A DNA stretch of 64,000 nucleotides, taken from the NCBI GenBank assembly GCA_964035545.1, contig OZ037768.1:3380741-3444740 (forward strand). The letters run 5' to 3'. The stretch comes from Bugula neritina (lineage: Eukaryota; Animalia; Bryozoa). A program made the translations under genes and the position numbers. Under the pieces are notes generated by a model. That model was not told the DNA's origin and made no database searches. It saw nothing but the letters and a program-made list of their open reading frames with translations. Shown piece by piece: positions 48,589 through 61,671 of this stretch; within the stretch, counting starts at the first letter, position 1; each line of letters starts with the position of its first letter.

Positions 48589-51500
48589 ATGGGCGATGAA
48601 GATGCAAGGTAATTTTATTTAATAGTGCATTATTGTCTAATTTATAAAAGCAGTTCAACACTTCAGTTTTCAATTTCTCAATAAAATTGAAATTAAACTT
48701 AAGCATCGTGATGATTAAAAATCAAAATGAATAGGAATTTCAAAAGGAGTAAGCATAGCAAATAAGTTAGCGCTGCCCCTAGTTTACGAAAATTGTGACA
48801 ATGTAGGTTTACTAACCCATCAATTTGTATTTCTGCATCTATTAGTATTACTCAAAACTACTATAATTTTATTTCTATTTTTCAGTCTGAGAGTGAGTTT
48901 CACTAGCCCATGCGTAGCCTTAGGACTAGGAGTAGCCGTAGTTCGAAGACATATAGTTGTATGTAGCACTGTTACTAGCTCTTCATGACTAACAATTGGG
49001 TTTTTGTTTAGGAAATTGTTTCTCGGTGGACTGCCTCCAGCTGCGCAAAAAGAAGATGTTGAGAATTACTTCAAGCAGTTTGGAGAAGTTGAAATGGTCA
49101 CCATCAAAACAGATGTCTACACAGGCCGATCACGAGGTTTTGGCTTCCTAATTTTTAAAGACAAATCATCAGTTGCAGCTGTAAGTTGTTTCTCATGAAC
49201 CAAAATTCAACTTTTGCAGTAAACATTACTCATCATTGTTACTTTGATTTTTGCTTATTGATATTTTAAAAAAATATTGCCTGGTTGGTACTTGGATTTG
49301 TTAAAAAAGATTGCACAAATTCAACTTGTAACATAATTAATAATTTGTTTTTTCCTACTATTTTAGTAGCCAAAACCTCTCCCATCTGTTTATACCTGTA
49401 GTTTTTAAATCTTGTAGGCTGTTGAAAGCTCTAGACATACAATTTGTGACAAAGATATCGAAGCTAAACTTGCAACACCACAAGTTAAAGATGGAGAAAT
49501 GACCAAAGTTTTTGTTGGTGGAATAGAAAAGTCAACAACTTCAGACCAGGTTAAAGCAGCCTTCAGCACTCGAGGCACGGTATGTACCCTCTTTATTTAT
49601 TATGATTGAAAGAGCTAGTGCATACTCAGAAATAACTAGTTAGATTTGATACTGCAAGTATGCCATGGTATTTTGACAACTTACTTGCCAATGTTTAAAG
49701 CAGTCAACAAGTTTCTAATGTATGTTTTAGGTAACTGATGTGTTTATGCCAATCGACAATGCAACAGAACAGCATAAAGGTTTCGCATTTGTAACATTTG
49801 ACGATTCTTCTTTAGCCTCTACATTGTGCAGTGAAGGAAAAATTATGATTGAGGGAAAAGAGGTAAAACATTCAACTTGCATTAATAAATTAATGAATTA
49901 ATCTGTCGTTGGATTTTCTCTTTTCAGCTATGAAATGTAGTTTGTTTTGTTGCCTGCTAAATTTTTGGTGTTTTACACAGCCTTAAATTCTAGGAAAAGA
50001 GATGTTTAGACTGGATTTGCATTGCTAGACATGCAAAGCTCCAGTAGGTGGGAGATACTGTGCCAGTTGAAGTTAATTGTCTATGCAGCAGAGAACTACC
50101 AGTACATAACATACAAAAACTAAATATAATGCCATCACTGCTATAAATATGTTGCCTTGTTGATTTTAATGTTCGTGTTTGCATATTCTTCAGCTTCCTG
50201 GCTATTTACGTGGCATGACTAGATTGAATGACAGTCTAAGTATCTGACTAAAATATTTGTTGCAGTTCTTTATTATTTCCACCTTAAGCTGGTCTGCTTG
50301 TCCAGCCTTGCAAATCCAGTGTTTGCTTTCTCTTTGAGCTCGTTTAGACCTTAAATGTTACGAAGAACTTGAGGCTCTGTGAAAACTAACCACTGCTTTT
50401 CTTTGGTGTTGTAGGGTTGTTTACATCAATGTTTAATATGTGTTGGGTAACAGCTGTTTGTAGAGTTCCATATATATTCGCTCTGATGCAGTAGCTGTGT
50501 TAACTTGTACTCCAAACTCTAGTTGAGCAGTGATAGAAACATGTGCCTAAAGATTATCTAGATGAAATGGTTAGACAATTTGTAGCTGAACTATATTCTC
50601 ACACTGCCATCTGTTGATCCTTTGCAGTCTTGCCCAGTTGGCTGTACTCCAGGCCTGGTAGGAAGGGGATGCTAGCTGCAACTGTATGCGCTCTCAGTTG
50701 TAGTCGTATATCCCTTGCTATGCAGCAAACCAGTGTACATATTACAGCTGATGAGTGAGTGAGCTACGTAGCCTGTTGAATGAACACTTCGAACGCACAT
50801 ATGACATGGTACCTCCACTACCACCGACGAGCAGTTAGCTATGACAGCCACCCTAGTCAGTGCAGTCAGTTTGAGGTGTCAGGTACAAGCTACCGGGCTA
50901 CTAGGTCCTCTCCCCCACACAACTAACTGCTGGGCCTGTAACTTAGCTTGTTAATAGACTTTACTATTTCAGTGATAACAGTCAGATCGTCCAAGTGATT
51001 CAGTCAGTATACAGAAATGAGTAATGAACACCAAGTAATGCAGTGTCTTCTCTCGTAGGATATTAAGAGTAACTTAACTCGAAGATGTCTCAACTCGTAC
51101 CTTAACTGCAGTCATACAGTCTCTCTGTGACAGTAATGGTAATGATGTGAAGGTAACTGGTGGTAACTCTTGCAGTCAGCTTCCTGTCCACTCACATGAT
51201 TGTTTCTTTTTGCAGTGCGATATTAAGAAAGCTAAAAGCAAGAACGAGTCTCGAGGTGGCGGCAGAGGTGGGTTCCGTGGTGGCAGAGGTGGCTTCTTTC
51301 CGGGTAAACATTGCATAGACTTGGTGTAATGATTGGATTTATTATTGTGAACAAGAACAGTTGTATTCCTGCACACTGTGTTGTGTCCTTCACAGGTGGC
51401 AGAGGAGGTGGTGGCAGAGGTGGCTACGGTGGTGGTGGTGGTTACGACCAGTATGGCGGAGGCTATGGAAATGGCTATGGTGACCAGTACAGTTCTGGCT

Positions 51501-51948
51501 ACAACAATGGATATGGCGGTCAGAACTACAGCTATGATAATTATGGAGGTGGTTACGATCAGAGTGGTGGGTATGGTAAGGAGTTCGTGCTCTTTATTTT
51601 TACTACCTGTAGCCACTAATAACAGTGATCACAGCAGTAGTGAAAACCATACGCTGCCAAATGATAGCGTATGCCACAATTTTATACTATTTGATGAGAC
51701 TAGCTGGACCACTCATAAGTTGTACCAGGATGGTAAAACTTCCAGTGTTTTATTTGATCGCCACTTTAAAAAATATGTATCTGCTTCATCTTTACAATAT
51801 GTATCGTCTTGTTTGCTAAGCAAGTTGTCTGTTGACAGGTGGTGGATATGGCTCCTATGGTGGTGGTGGCGGCGGAAGCTATGGTAACCATGAGCAGTAT
51901 AAAATGAGAGGATCTAGAGGAGGACGCGGTGGATACGCCCCTTACTAA
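48589..51948 (+). CDS. hnRNP A/B/D (squid)-like 2xRRM + Gly/Tyr-rich protein, paralog B
   Basis: Exons 48589-48608 (MGDEDAR), 49012-49180, 49418-49579, 49731-49862, 51216-51303, 51396-51575, 51839-51948. Same intron positions as paralog A; ends RGGRGGYAPY*. Confidence 0.92.
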
Positions 51949-52814
51949 TTTCTATCTTGTAACCTGTTTTTATAAACAAATGATTTGTAATTTTACAGCC
52001 ATTAAATGTGAACCTGCATTTAAAAACTTGTAAGCGTCTGTAGAATCACTGCATGCATTATAAGTTCCATTTGGACTGATAAATGTCTGCATACTTGATA
52101 TGTTATTGTTGTGTACCACTTTGTACATTATTAAGACATTTAACACATCCTGCTTTCCAACTGTACATAAGACACCTCCCATCTAATTCATTGAGTTATT
52201 GTATATTTAGTGTTGTGTGTGGCACTTCAGTTTCATTTTGAGGATGTACCTTTTATATTAAAAATTTAAAATAAACAAGTTTTAGTAAGGGCATCTCAAC
52301 TACTTGGTGTATTATCTTGGGACACTTCACTCATGACCTGTAGTAATTCCTGTTAGTCCATTCAAACTGTATTTGTTGTATATTTGTTGATTCGTTGCTG
52401 GAGAATGCACTAGTAATAAATTTTTGTCATTCATGGTGCAAAATGATTCCTAGTTCACAAATTTGTAAAATCTGCCATTCCACTTGAGCAACAATTTAGT
52501 AATCATTAATAAATAACCAGCACATTAACAGCTAAATAAAACTGCACATCGCCAGTAAGTTGATTTGATACAGAGCCGCTGGGTTGATGGCTTTCCTTGC
52601 CTACCAAACTTATATTTTCAAAATCAGACCGGTGCCATGTCGGAGAATTTTTGCGTGGGTCAGGGTGTAGTGGTAAAATGCAAGATCTCGTTTGGTTGGT
52701 GCCCTGTGCACAATAGCCTTAGAAATGAGGTGGCTTAAATAATTTCAATTTGCACACAACCCGGCCAGAATATTCGTTGAACTAGCTGGCGTGGTAATGC
52801 GTAGAAATTATTTC

Positions 52815-53170
52815 CGTTTTGCAATGATGCTGCTCTAATCTGTTCGGAAGAAGCACCTAAATTTAATTGTGTTCTACAATCGGTTCTATTACTGGAACTT
52901 GCAATAAAATTATCATTAGATGAGTCAGTGTGCTTTTTACTATTACCGAATTGCTGTGGTTATGATTAATTTTACTACGACCGGTTGAAGTTAGCACTGA
53001 TCATCCGCTTAGGCATCGGCAATAGACCATGCAGACAATAATTACAACGACGACTGCTTACTTGTTACTGGTTGAGTTACCAAGCGAGATAACAACAATA
53101 ATGTTGATTGGTTGTGGAGCATTCACTGTTCTATTTTTATCGCAATGACGTTTGCGGGACTATAAAAAAC
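52815..53170 (+). promoter_or_regulatory. TATA promoter of the bZIP gene with AP-1, CRE and C/EBP-like sites
   Basis: TATAAAA 53161-53167, TGAGTCA 52921-52927, ATTGG 53107-53111, GCAATGACGT 53142-53151. Candidate non-coding exon 1 ends at donor cag|gtatga at 53401. Confidence 0.55.
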
Positions 53171-53920
53171 TATTGCACCATCACCCTTGCTCACTGAAAG
53201 TTAAACACCCATAGCGCTGCGAGCTCGATTGTAATTGTTAATATCTAGAAGGAGGCTACATTGGTAGCCCAGCACACTTTGTACCTAGCCTGACCAAATC
53301 TCGACAGAGAGGCGGAAGATTTGAGAGAAGAACAACGGTGTTCCTAAAAGCTCTCGACAAAATATTGAGTTTTACTGCTTTCGTTAGCAGTCACTATTCA
53401 GGTATGATAATATTAATTGATAATAAAGCTTTGCCTTAATAAAATTAAATATAATAATGGTTAATACTTAAACAAATAGTAATAATAAAGTTGAAACTGA
53501 ATGTGATCATGGTAAAGCAGAATGGCTAATCAATAACTATAAGAATATGAAGACGTTTAAGTTAACTTAAACTTATAACTTTATAAGTTATACTCAGTAT
53601 GAGTACTCATTTACACTAACAGTAACACTAACTGTCTTGAAGTTGATTGTATATTATAAATATAAGTATCAGTATAACTATAATTTATTTATTTAATAGT
53701 TAGTATTAGCATAAGATTAGGTGTATGACCATGTCCAATCTATAAGTATTACTGTTGAACATCGATTTCACTTTAGAGATGAACAGTTATCTTTATCTTA
53801 TGCTCTCACAGTCGATAGCTTTTCTTTATGAGGTTGTTGCACTTGATCAGATGTGTTAACTTCACAATTGAATTTTTATTTTCAGCTTGATTGTTCTGTG
53901 CTAAATACTACAGCAACAAA

Positions 53921-54034
53921 ATGTACGTTATATCAGCCCAACACTCCTGTGATGACACTGGATTGGCCAGAAGCACCTGGCTCGGCAGCACACAGTTATG
54001 TGTGCTCGCCGAGCCCACTGAGTGGTGTATTTGA
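53921..54034 (+). promoter_or_regulatory. 37-codon uORF overlapping the bZIP start codon out of frame
   Basis: caaaATG at 53921 reads MYVISAQHSCDDTGLARSTWLGSTQLCVLAEPTEWCI* to TGA 54032-54034. The main ATG at 53952 is in the +1 frame. Confidence 0.6.
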
Positions 54035-55157
54035 TTTAGATTGTAAGTAATTATTACATTATATTTGTTGTCACTATGATCTAACGTCTAAATTGGCACA
54101 GAAAGGTTATTAGTCATTGGCCATAATTAGCTGTCTTATTTTTGTAGTATCTAAACATGAACCACCTGACCTTCTGGATCTTGACCCGGAATTCTTATCG
54201 ACCTTGAATTTACCACGAACAAGTACCGACAGCCTTGAAAATGAACCAAATGCAATGGAAAATTGGCAAATGAATGAAGTTTTTCAAGATATTTCTGTTA
54301 TGCTTGATGTAAGTCAATTTCCTGGTTTATCCTCGTTAACGATTGTCCAGTCACATGACATGGGCGTTTAGTGAATCATATGACTGATAAATTTATTGAG
54401 ATTATGACATGTATGTGATAATCATTTCGATAACCTTTCGTAATTGATAAGAGCCAATAACTATGCAGCCAAAGCTAGTTGACACATAGTCACCATCTAG
54501 TTGTAGTTTACGCAATCATGATTGATATATTGATTTTCTATACAGGCTCAGAGTGAATCCCCTACTAAACCCCAGCCTGATGATGCAAGCATTGACCAGC
54601 TGTTCAATGACATCTTTGATTCAGATAGCAGCTCTCCCGCATCCACCAGCTTCGATGACTCGATTTGTGAAGCTGGCAGCACCTCCCTAGATCTTAGTTC
54701 CGTTATTCAGGAAACCTTGGGTGACAGCATTCTAGAGTTTGAACTTCCTGATTTAATGGACACCAAATCTGTGTCAAATCTGGAGGAAAATTGCTCCCAC
54801 AATCTAGAAGCTGGGTTCTATCTGCTAGATGAACTGGAAGCTGCAGACGCATCTGTTGTAGCGCCCCCTGTTGACAGTTCATCAGTGACGGCTGTGGCTA
54901 GTGATCACCAATACACACAGCTGGCCTCTGTCAAAGTAAAACCTCATGAAACACACAAGCAGGCAATTAGGAGGGTAAAGAATAACGCAGCTTCAAGAGT
55001 TTGTAGAAAACAGCGAAAAAATAGACTAACAGTCAACATGGAAAAAGCTGCAGAATTAATGGAGAAAAATGCTCAACTTCGAAAGAGCTTATCAGAAATA
55101 GAAAACTTTGTTTCTTTGCTAAAAGACCACTTGGTTAAGTCTACATGTAAAAAGTAA
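53952..55157 (+). CDS. bZIP transcription factor (C/EBP/PAR-related NNxASxxCR basic region), about 287 aa
   Basis: Exons 53952-54042, 54148-54308 and 54546-55157 are in phase. Acidic N-terminal region; C-terminal basic region IRRVKNNAASRVCRKQRK plus zipper LMEKNAQLRKSLSEIENFVSLLKDHL. Confidence 0.85.
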
Positions 55158-55944
55158 ATCATTTCTCATCTAAATTAATATGTATATGGTGCGATTTTCA
55201 ATATATTTTTATTGTATATAAAAACCGACCTATAATTTATTACCATTCTTTGTTGTTAATCATTTTCTTTTCTGTTCTCTTGCTCATGATGTGTTATAGA
55301 AACATACTTTTACACTCTGTTGTGAATTTTAAGAAAAATTAAAAACTTGATAAATAAAAAATTGTAAAATCTCATTAAGTGATTTATGGTGGACATTAAT
55401 CAGACTGATATAAATTTATACACACAGTATTAAATGTTTGAAAGAAGCTCTCTGGGCATATTAATTCTGTTGCTAGTTTTTTAAATTGCAAAAGAACAAT
55501 ATTATTGTTTACTATTGAATGACTAATTGCAACGGCTTTAATTTTAGTATCAACTGCTCAAAATACCAAAGATGTATGGAAATCAATTGAAATGGAGCCT
55601 TTCTATCTCATCTGTGAAAAATTGCTACTTGCTTTGTGAGCATTCTTTGGCTTTTATTTGTTACATTACAGTTGAAACAGTTTAACAGTAAAAAAATATT
55701 TATGCACGAGTATACTAGAAAATCGGTGTATTAATAATTTAAAAATAACGATTCAAGTTTATAATAAACAGTAAACATGATTAAATAAACTGAGATTTAA
55801 AAAGGAAGCATGAATTGCATAGAACAGTTGAACTCTATATACAAATATTATAATATATACATGAATAAAAACACCCCTGCATGGAATGCATCAGTAGAAT
55901 CCACCACTGGACAATATCTTTTATCACAATTTTGTACCGAAGCT

Positions 55945-58900
55945 CTAAATGTAAAACCCTCTATTGTCAGGATACTGTTTGATGAATTCTCTCAGCATAA
56001 ACCGATGCCGCCCCAGTTCTGAGGCAGCAAGTCTTTTCACCATAGACTTGGTGAGACATTTGGCCACAAAGTCCTTAGCTGCTTCACTGAACTCCTCGGG
56101 TAGCTTAGGGCTGGGCTTGTCAGCTGAACCAATCACAAACAGGGCACTCATTGGCTGCATGTGGAAGTATGGAGGAGACCCTGTTGCCATTTCAATGACT
56201 GTACACCCAATACTCCAGATATCCGCCTTACAAGTAGGCTCCCCAGCCATCTGCACCACCTCAGGTGCCATCCAATATGGCGTACCCTTAATACAAAAGT
56301 CTAGCTTCATTGCACTGAGTGGTGTGACTAGATCATCAGTGGTTTTCTTGGCTGTCCCAAAATCAATAAGCTTTATAAAACCAGTTGTTGTGACCATTAT
56401 ATTTGACCCTTTTATATCCCTGTGCACAACATTGTTAGAATGTAGGTATGTTACTGCATCAATGAGCTGGGAACAGTATCGTCGAAATATTGGCTCATCA
56501 AATGTGCCGAACTTTTTCAGAAGAGATGCAATTGTTCCACCCGAAACGTGCTCCATTAGTATGTTTATAGTATAGTCTGTTACGTCTAAACCACAGTCTA
56601 GAAACCTACAAGAGTATAAGCACAGTTGTAATTTAAGAGTTGTGGCTACACAAAAAAACTTATTAAAAGAAAGAATAACTCCAAAAATTATAAAGTCACT
56701 ACTGCAAGTTATCATTTATTAAACTGTTACGACTTAATTCTAAATCGCTTGACTTCGAATTTGTCCACAAACTCCTCTCAAAAACCAAGTTTCAGTGATT
56801 AAAATCTTAAGCCATTTTGAAATAATTCACTTCCCCAAATCATATTTATAACAGAAGAAAAGTTGTACACTATAATGCGGTATAATGCAGCTATCACATC
56901 CACAACTTCTGATCCCCCCCCCCCCCTAGACCACTCCCCCACTGATTTTACTGCCTGCAGGGAACAAGAAATTGTTTGGAGAAAAAGGCTAATTGGTTGG
57001 GAGTGTCAAGTCTTTGTGGTGAATAAAATATTCTCATTATATAGAGTTATGAGTTTCAGAACATATCATTGTAAGGCTGATATTGTATGGTAACTGGCAG
57101 TAAATTGAATACTTTTCAGCCCCACTGATAACACATCAGATGCCTATCGTAACTACCCAGGATTTCCACAATCACAACATCCTTTGATAACACAGACTAG
57201 ATATTTACTCCACAACATTTCCCAACCTCTTAACAAATATTACCAAATTACGAAACTGTATAAAAAAAACCTTGCGAATTTCTATTTCAAAGAATTACTA
57301 CTACACCAGCTTATCCCCTAGTAAAATACATTGTACTTAGTAAATGTTAGAGAACATACTTTACAATATTTGGATGATTTAATGTCTTCTGAATGTGAAC
57401 CTCTCTCTGGATTAATCTGTAATCTGCCTCGGCCTGCGACCAATTCGTGGTATCCAGCTGGATCTGCTTCACAGCAACCAACTGTCCATCGTCTGTTAAA
57501 GCACTGTATACCTGCGAATGAAAATACCAACATTAGCAAACTTCTCTTTACCTGTCAGCCATTTGGTTACACAAATCCAACCTAACATGTGACACTTGAT
57601 GGTCAGCTGTATAGTCATTTGCATTTTGAAATATAATTTCAATCAAGCAATCAATCACAGTGAATAAACTTGCCCAGGCTTGCCATTTAGCAAATATCGA
57701 CAACTCTTTCATAGGTGTCTTAGTTTTCTACTATTCTAATTGATAAAAACCCAGCACTGTTTTGAATTAAAAGTACTTATTTGGAACTAAATGCCTTCAA
57801 TACTCAAGGGAAAATAATCCCCAGTATAACTATCAGTATAATAAGCAATGCAGAGAAACGTGTACTAAACGTTCTGCTGATATACATGTAGCTTATCTCC
57901 TTAGTTATGCAATTCATCTTGCAGTAATGAGCTACTTAGCTGCTATATTTACATTGTCAACACACATAACACTTCTTACAATATCCACAAAAACAGCTTG
58001 TACTAGCTACTGATGGTATGTAAATAAAATTTGAGCACTGAATGGAAAAGATATTCTAGTTAGCCAATACAGCCATTGTTGTGAATAAAGCGAGTTCATT
58101 CAAGTGTTTTAAAAACCTTTAATGAGAAAATCTACTGCCTAATCAAAGGTGGTTTGTGTGTAGAAGTCATATTGGCTGATATCACGTTTTTTACTGAAAT
58201 AATTTGCATATATAAGTTTTCAATTTCAAAGAGAAAAGCGTTTTTGCCTACACAGTTTATCTGATGTTATGCTGTATACGTCACATTCCTATGAAATGTA
58301 CACCTTACAGGTACTTTTCAAGATTCATACCAGAACAAGATTACCTCATCAAAACTTGAACTCAACTTTTGACTTGCGTGATTGTGAGAGAAAATTTCTC
58401 ACTCTGAATTACCAGCTCACGATTCAGTATTTGGAAATAAGGTGTAGTTTATTTGTGTTATTAGAATAATTATTATTGATAAGATGTGAGGTAGACTAAA
58501 CTTTGACCCTGAAACTAGTTACTACAAGGTATATAAAGCAAGTAGTACTAAACTTCACAAAAAACTCCATTCATTACTTCCATATCCTTTCCTGAATATA
58601 ATCATTCTTACAATACAGCCCACGACAGGCGTGCAACACCCATTCAGTAGAACAAATGGCTACCTTCTTAGTAATTACTATTACAATATTTTTCACATCA
58701 GCTTAATTTGATTTGGAATTTAAGCATAATCTAATTGATTCCATTGATTGTGTTTATTAGGCATATTAGAACTCGATACATTATTTAGCATGTCTGCTAC
58801 AGCTGCGATACTTCAATACAACATCTTTTCAACTACTAGCAACTCTGATTCCCCTTCGCAGCTGTCTGCCGTGATTAGCTGCCTTCAGATGCAAGAAAAT

Positions 58901-61671
58901 TGCTTGTCTGACAAAAGCCCCATAACCCCATAACTGTAGGTGGTGGGGTAAACACAATAGCAGCACTGTACAATGGGTAATCACCCATGATTTTCAATTT
59001 CCCCCTGGTGTTGCTCTTATAAGCAACTGTGTTTACAGGTAATTATTCTATTGTCTACTGCTGCATGTTGACAGGGGAGGGGCCATGTTCAAAACTGCAT
59101 TAAGGAATATCTTAGGAGATAAGATAAGCCTATAAATCCATACAACTATTTGAATGATCACAATAATACTTCATTACTAACACTGCGTACTAAACTCCTA
59201 TACGTTTACAGGGTTTAATGAGATTTATTTCATACAGGGAATATGTTGACCTAGTGAGCTTAAATGGAATATTTTCATTTAATTTATGTGAAAATTAGAC
59301 CAATAATTAACAGTAAATTGATTTTGGTTGGGTCCATAATCCCCCATGACTTTTATATAATTCCATGTAATGAGATGGTAACCAGAACTTGTGCAGGGAA
59401 CTATTCAAACAGATTAACTTAGTATTGTGAAACCACACTTTAACTGCTGTACACATACCCAACTTTAGTGGCGTGATTGAACTAACCGACCATGAAAATT
59501 GCATTCCACAATCAACAATCGCAAGTGAAAACTGTGCTAGCGAGTTTTTAAAGTAGCTGGAAGTAGTGCTAATTGAAACCACCCGATAGGAGATCTGATA
59601 AGTTTTACACTGAAAGGTGCTCACCTTGACAAAGAACTGCACACAAATATACTAGTAGTTGTGGGCAAACTAACCAAAATCACAGCCACTAAGATATGTA
59701 TAATAGAAATATCATCATCACTACTACAAGTTATGTAATATTAAACTGCCACCTCCCACAGTTGATTATTCTGACATGTAAATTTTACAAGTCTTGTCTG
59801 GAATACAGATGTGTGGTGATACATAATCTAGACACCAACAGTTACTGGCATTTGGGAAAGAATAATGTTACATAATTTAATCTGTTCATCAAGTTGATAA
59901 GGTAATAAAACCAAATTTCTAAAGAGTTGTACACCAACATGTATTCTTCGAATTCTATTTAATACCATAGTTTTATTAACAAAAGTAGGTACATCAAAGC
60001 ATTCCGAATAAAGACCTCCACAATATTAATTAGTATTATGAAGTTAATGGTCCTTTCATATGGTGTGTGTCATTTATTACCCCATTGTGTCTTTACTATA
60101 AGGTGAATATAATTTCATCATTTCACTTTACAGTATAATAAAATATAATACTGCTGCCATGGCTTGATTGATCAAAACAGAAACTGAAAGGTTTTTGTTT
60201 TCCTCAAAAATGGGTGGGTCATAAAGTGGGAAAACAAAGTCGAAAGTTCAAAGCAGACTTTAGCAAGGGGAACCACAAAAAACCCACATTATTTCTTCAC
60301 TGAGTGAGTTGCAACATGTGAGTCTCAAAGTTTGACTATTTTTACTCTAACAAAATAATTCACCAGAGAATTTTGTATTTAGGACTGCATATTTGACTAA
60401 CACTCGATGATGACATTTCTTTGACAGCACGCCATAATAAATGTCATTCCCAAGCCATTAATATACAAAGAGCAATTTATCATTAGCTGTTAAACACTCA
60501 AACAATGACTTATCCATTTTTTGGCTATATGAACTTCTAACTGATGTGGTATGACTAGGCCACCTGTAGATGATTAAGCTAGAAAGTAAAAGTCACTTAC
60601 TTTACCAAAAGTTCCACGGCCCAACAAATTTCCTTTCTTCCATTTTATTACACAAGCACATTGTGATTGCTGATCGAAATTAGACGGTCTTGATTTGGTT
60701 TCAACCGAAAGATGTCGACCACTACCATTACTCGAACTGTCCTCGCTGCCATTTGCGGCAGCAGTGTTTATGGTCATTGCTGACACAACTTGTCTACGCT
60801 GCTGTAAATGCGGTTTGTTGCGTAACACAGGGTTGACTTCGTTCTTGCAGCTATCACTTCTGGTCATGGATGAAGTAGAGGTTCGTTTCTGAATGCTACT
60901 GGTTTGATTTGTGTTAGAAAATTCTGTTTGGTTGCTCGGCCTGAGACTGGTTGTTTTCACTCGGTGGTCGGTTAGGATTGATGGATGTGCAGGAGGAATG
61001 GCTCCATTTCTACCCAGCAAGGGACTGCTGCGACTGTCTAATTTATTGTCACTATCATTTCGCTTGACTTTGGGTTCACTCACAGTCCAACTGCCTTTTC
61101 TAATATAGTCAGCAGGAATTCGCTTTTGACTGTCAGCACGATCACGTGCAATATTGGCTGTCGTACTTCCATTACGATTGTGACCTTTCTTTACCATGTC
61201 AATGCTGCCGGAACGTCTGTGGCCGCTCACAAGCTGATGTTCAAGTCGCAGACTCCCTGCACGGTCGTTGATTACTGGCGAGTGGTTACTGCCAAATGAC
61301 TGACTCTCTGAAGCATTACTTTTTGTTTTGTACAAGTCTTCTTGCCTGAGCTTGTAGCTGGGAGTTCTTCCTTCATCATCTACCTGATGCTGACTTAGTT
61401 TCCCATTCACATTGTCACTGTGGTTGACCGGTTGAGAGTGTTTTTGATCGTAATAGCTCGGTGGCTCCACTTTGTTGCCATTGCATATTATCTGCTTTTC
61501 TGTAGACACAGTCAAATCCGGAATACTGGTTTTGGATTTTACTGTTTCTCCACTTTTTCTTCTGATTCTCTTAGCCTGGTTTTTTCCATCTTCAGGGTGT
61601 GTAAACTTGAGATTGGTAAAACTATTGGATCGAGAACTTTTAGAAGACTGTTTGCCACAGCAGTTGCCCAT
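55945..61671 (-). CDS. MAP3K19: STE11-family MAP kinase kinase kinase, MAP3K19/YSK4-like, 3 coding exons, 627 aa
   Basis: Exons (-): 61671-60601, 57511-57360, 56605-55945. Motifs WKKGNLLGRGTFGKVYSALTDDGQLVAVKQIQLDT, HRDIKGSN, IKLIDFG, GTPYWMAPEV, DIWSIGCTVIEMATG. Orthology to MAP3K19 rather than MEKK2/3 is judged from LT.xGQL.AVKQ..LDT, IKLIDFG and no visible PB1 domain. Confidence 0.8.

Noticed and set aside
51176-51887. Overlapping 146-aa (-) and 169-aa (+) ORFs
   Set aside because: Shadow frames of the Gly/Tyr-rich hnRNP exons.
55964-56575. 203-aa + strand ORF
   Set aside because: Antisense shadow of the kinase exon with no recognisable features.
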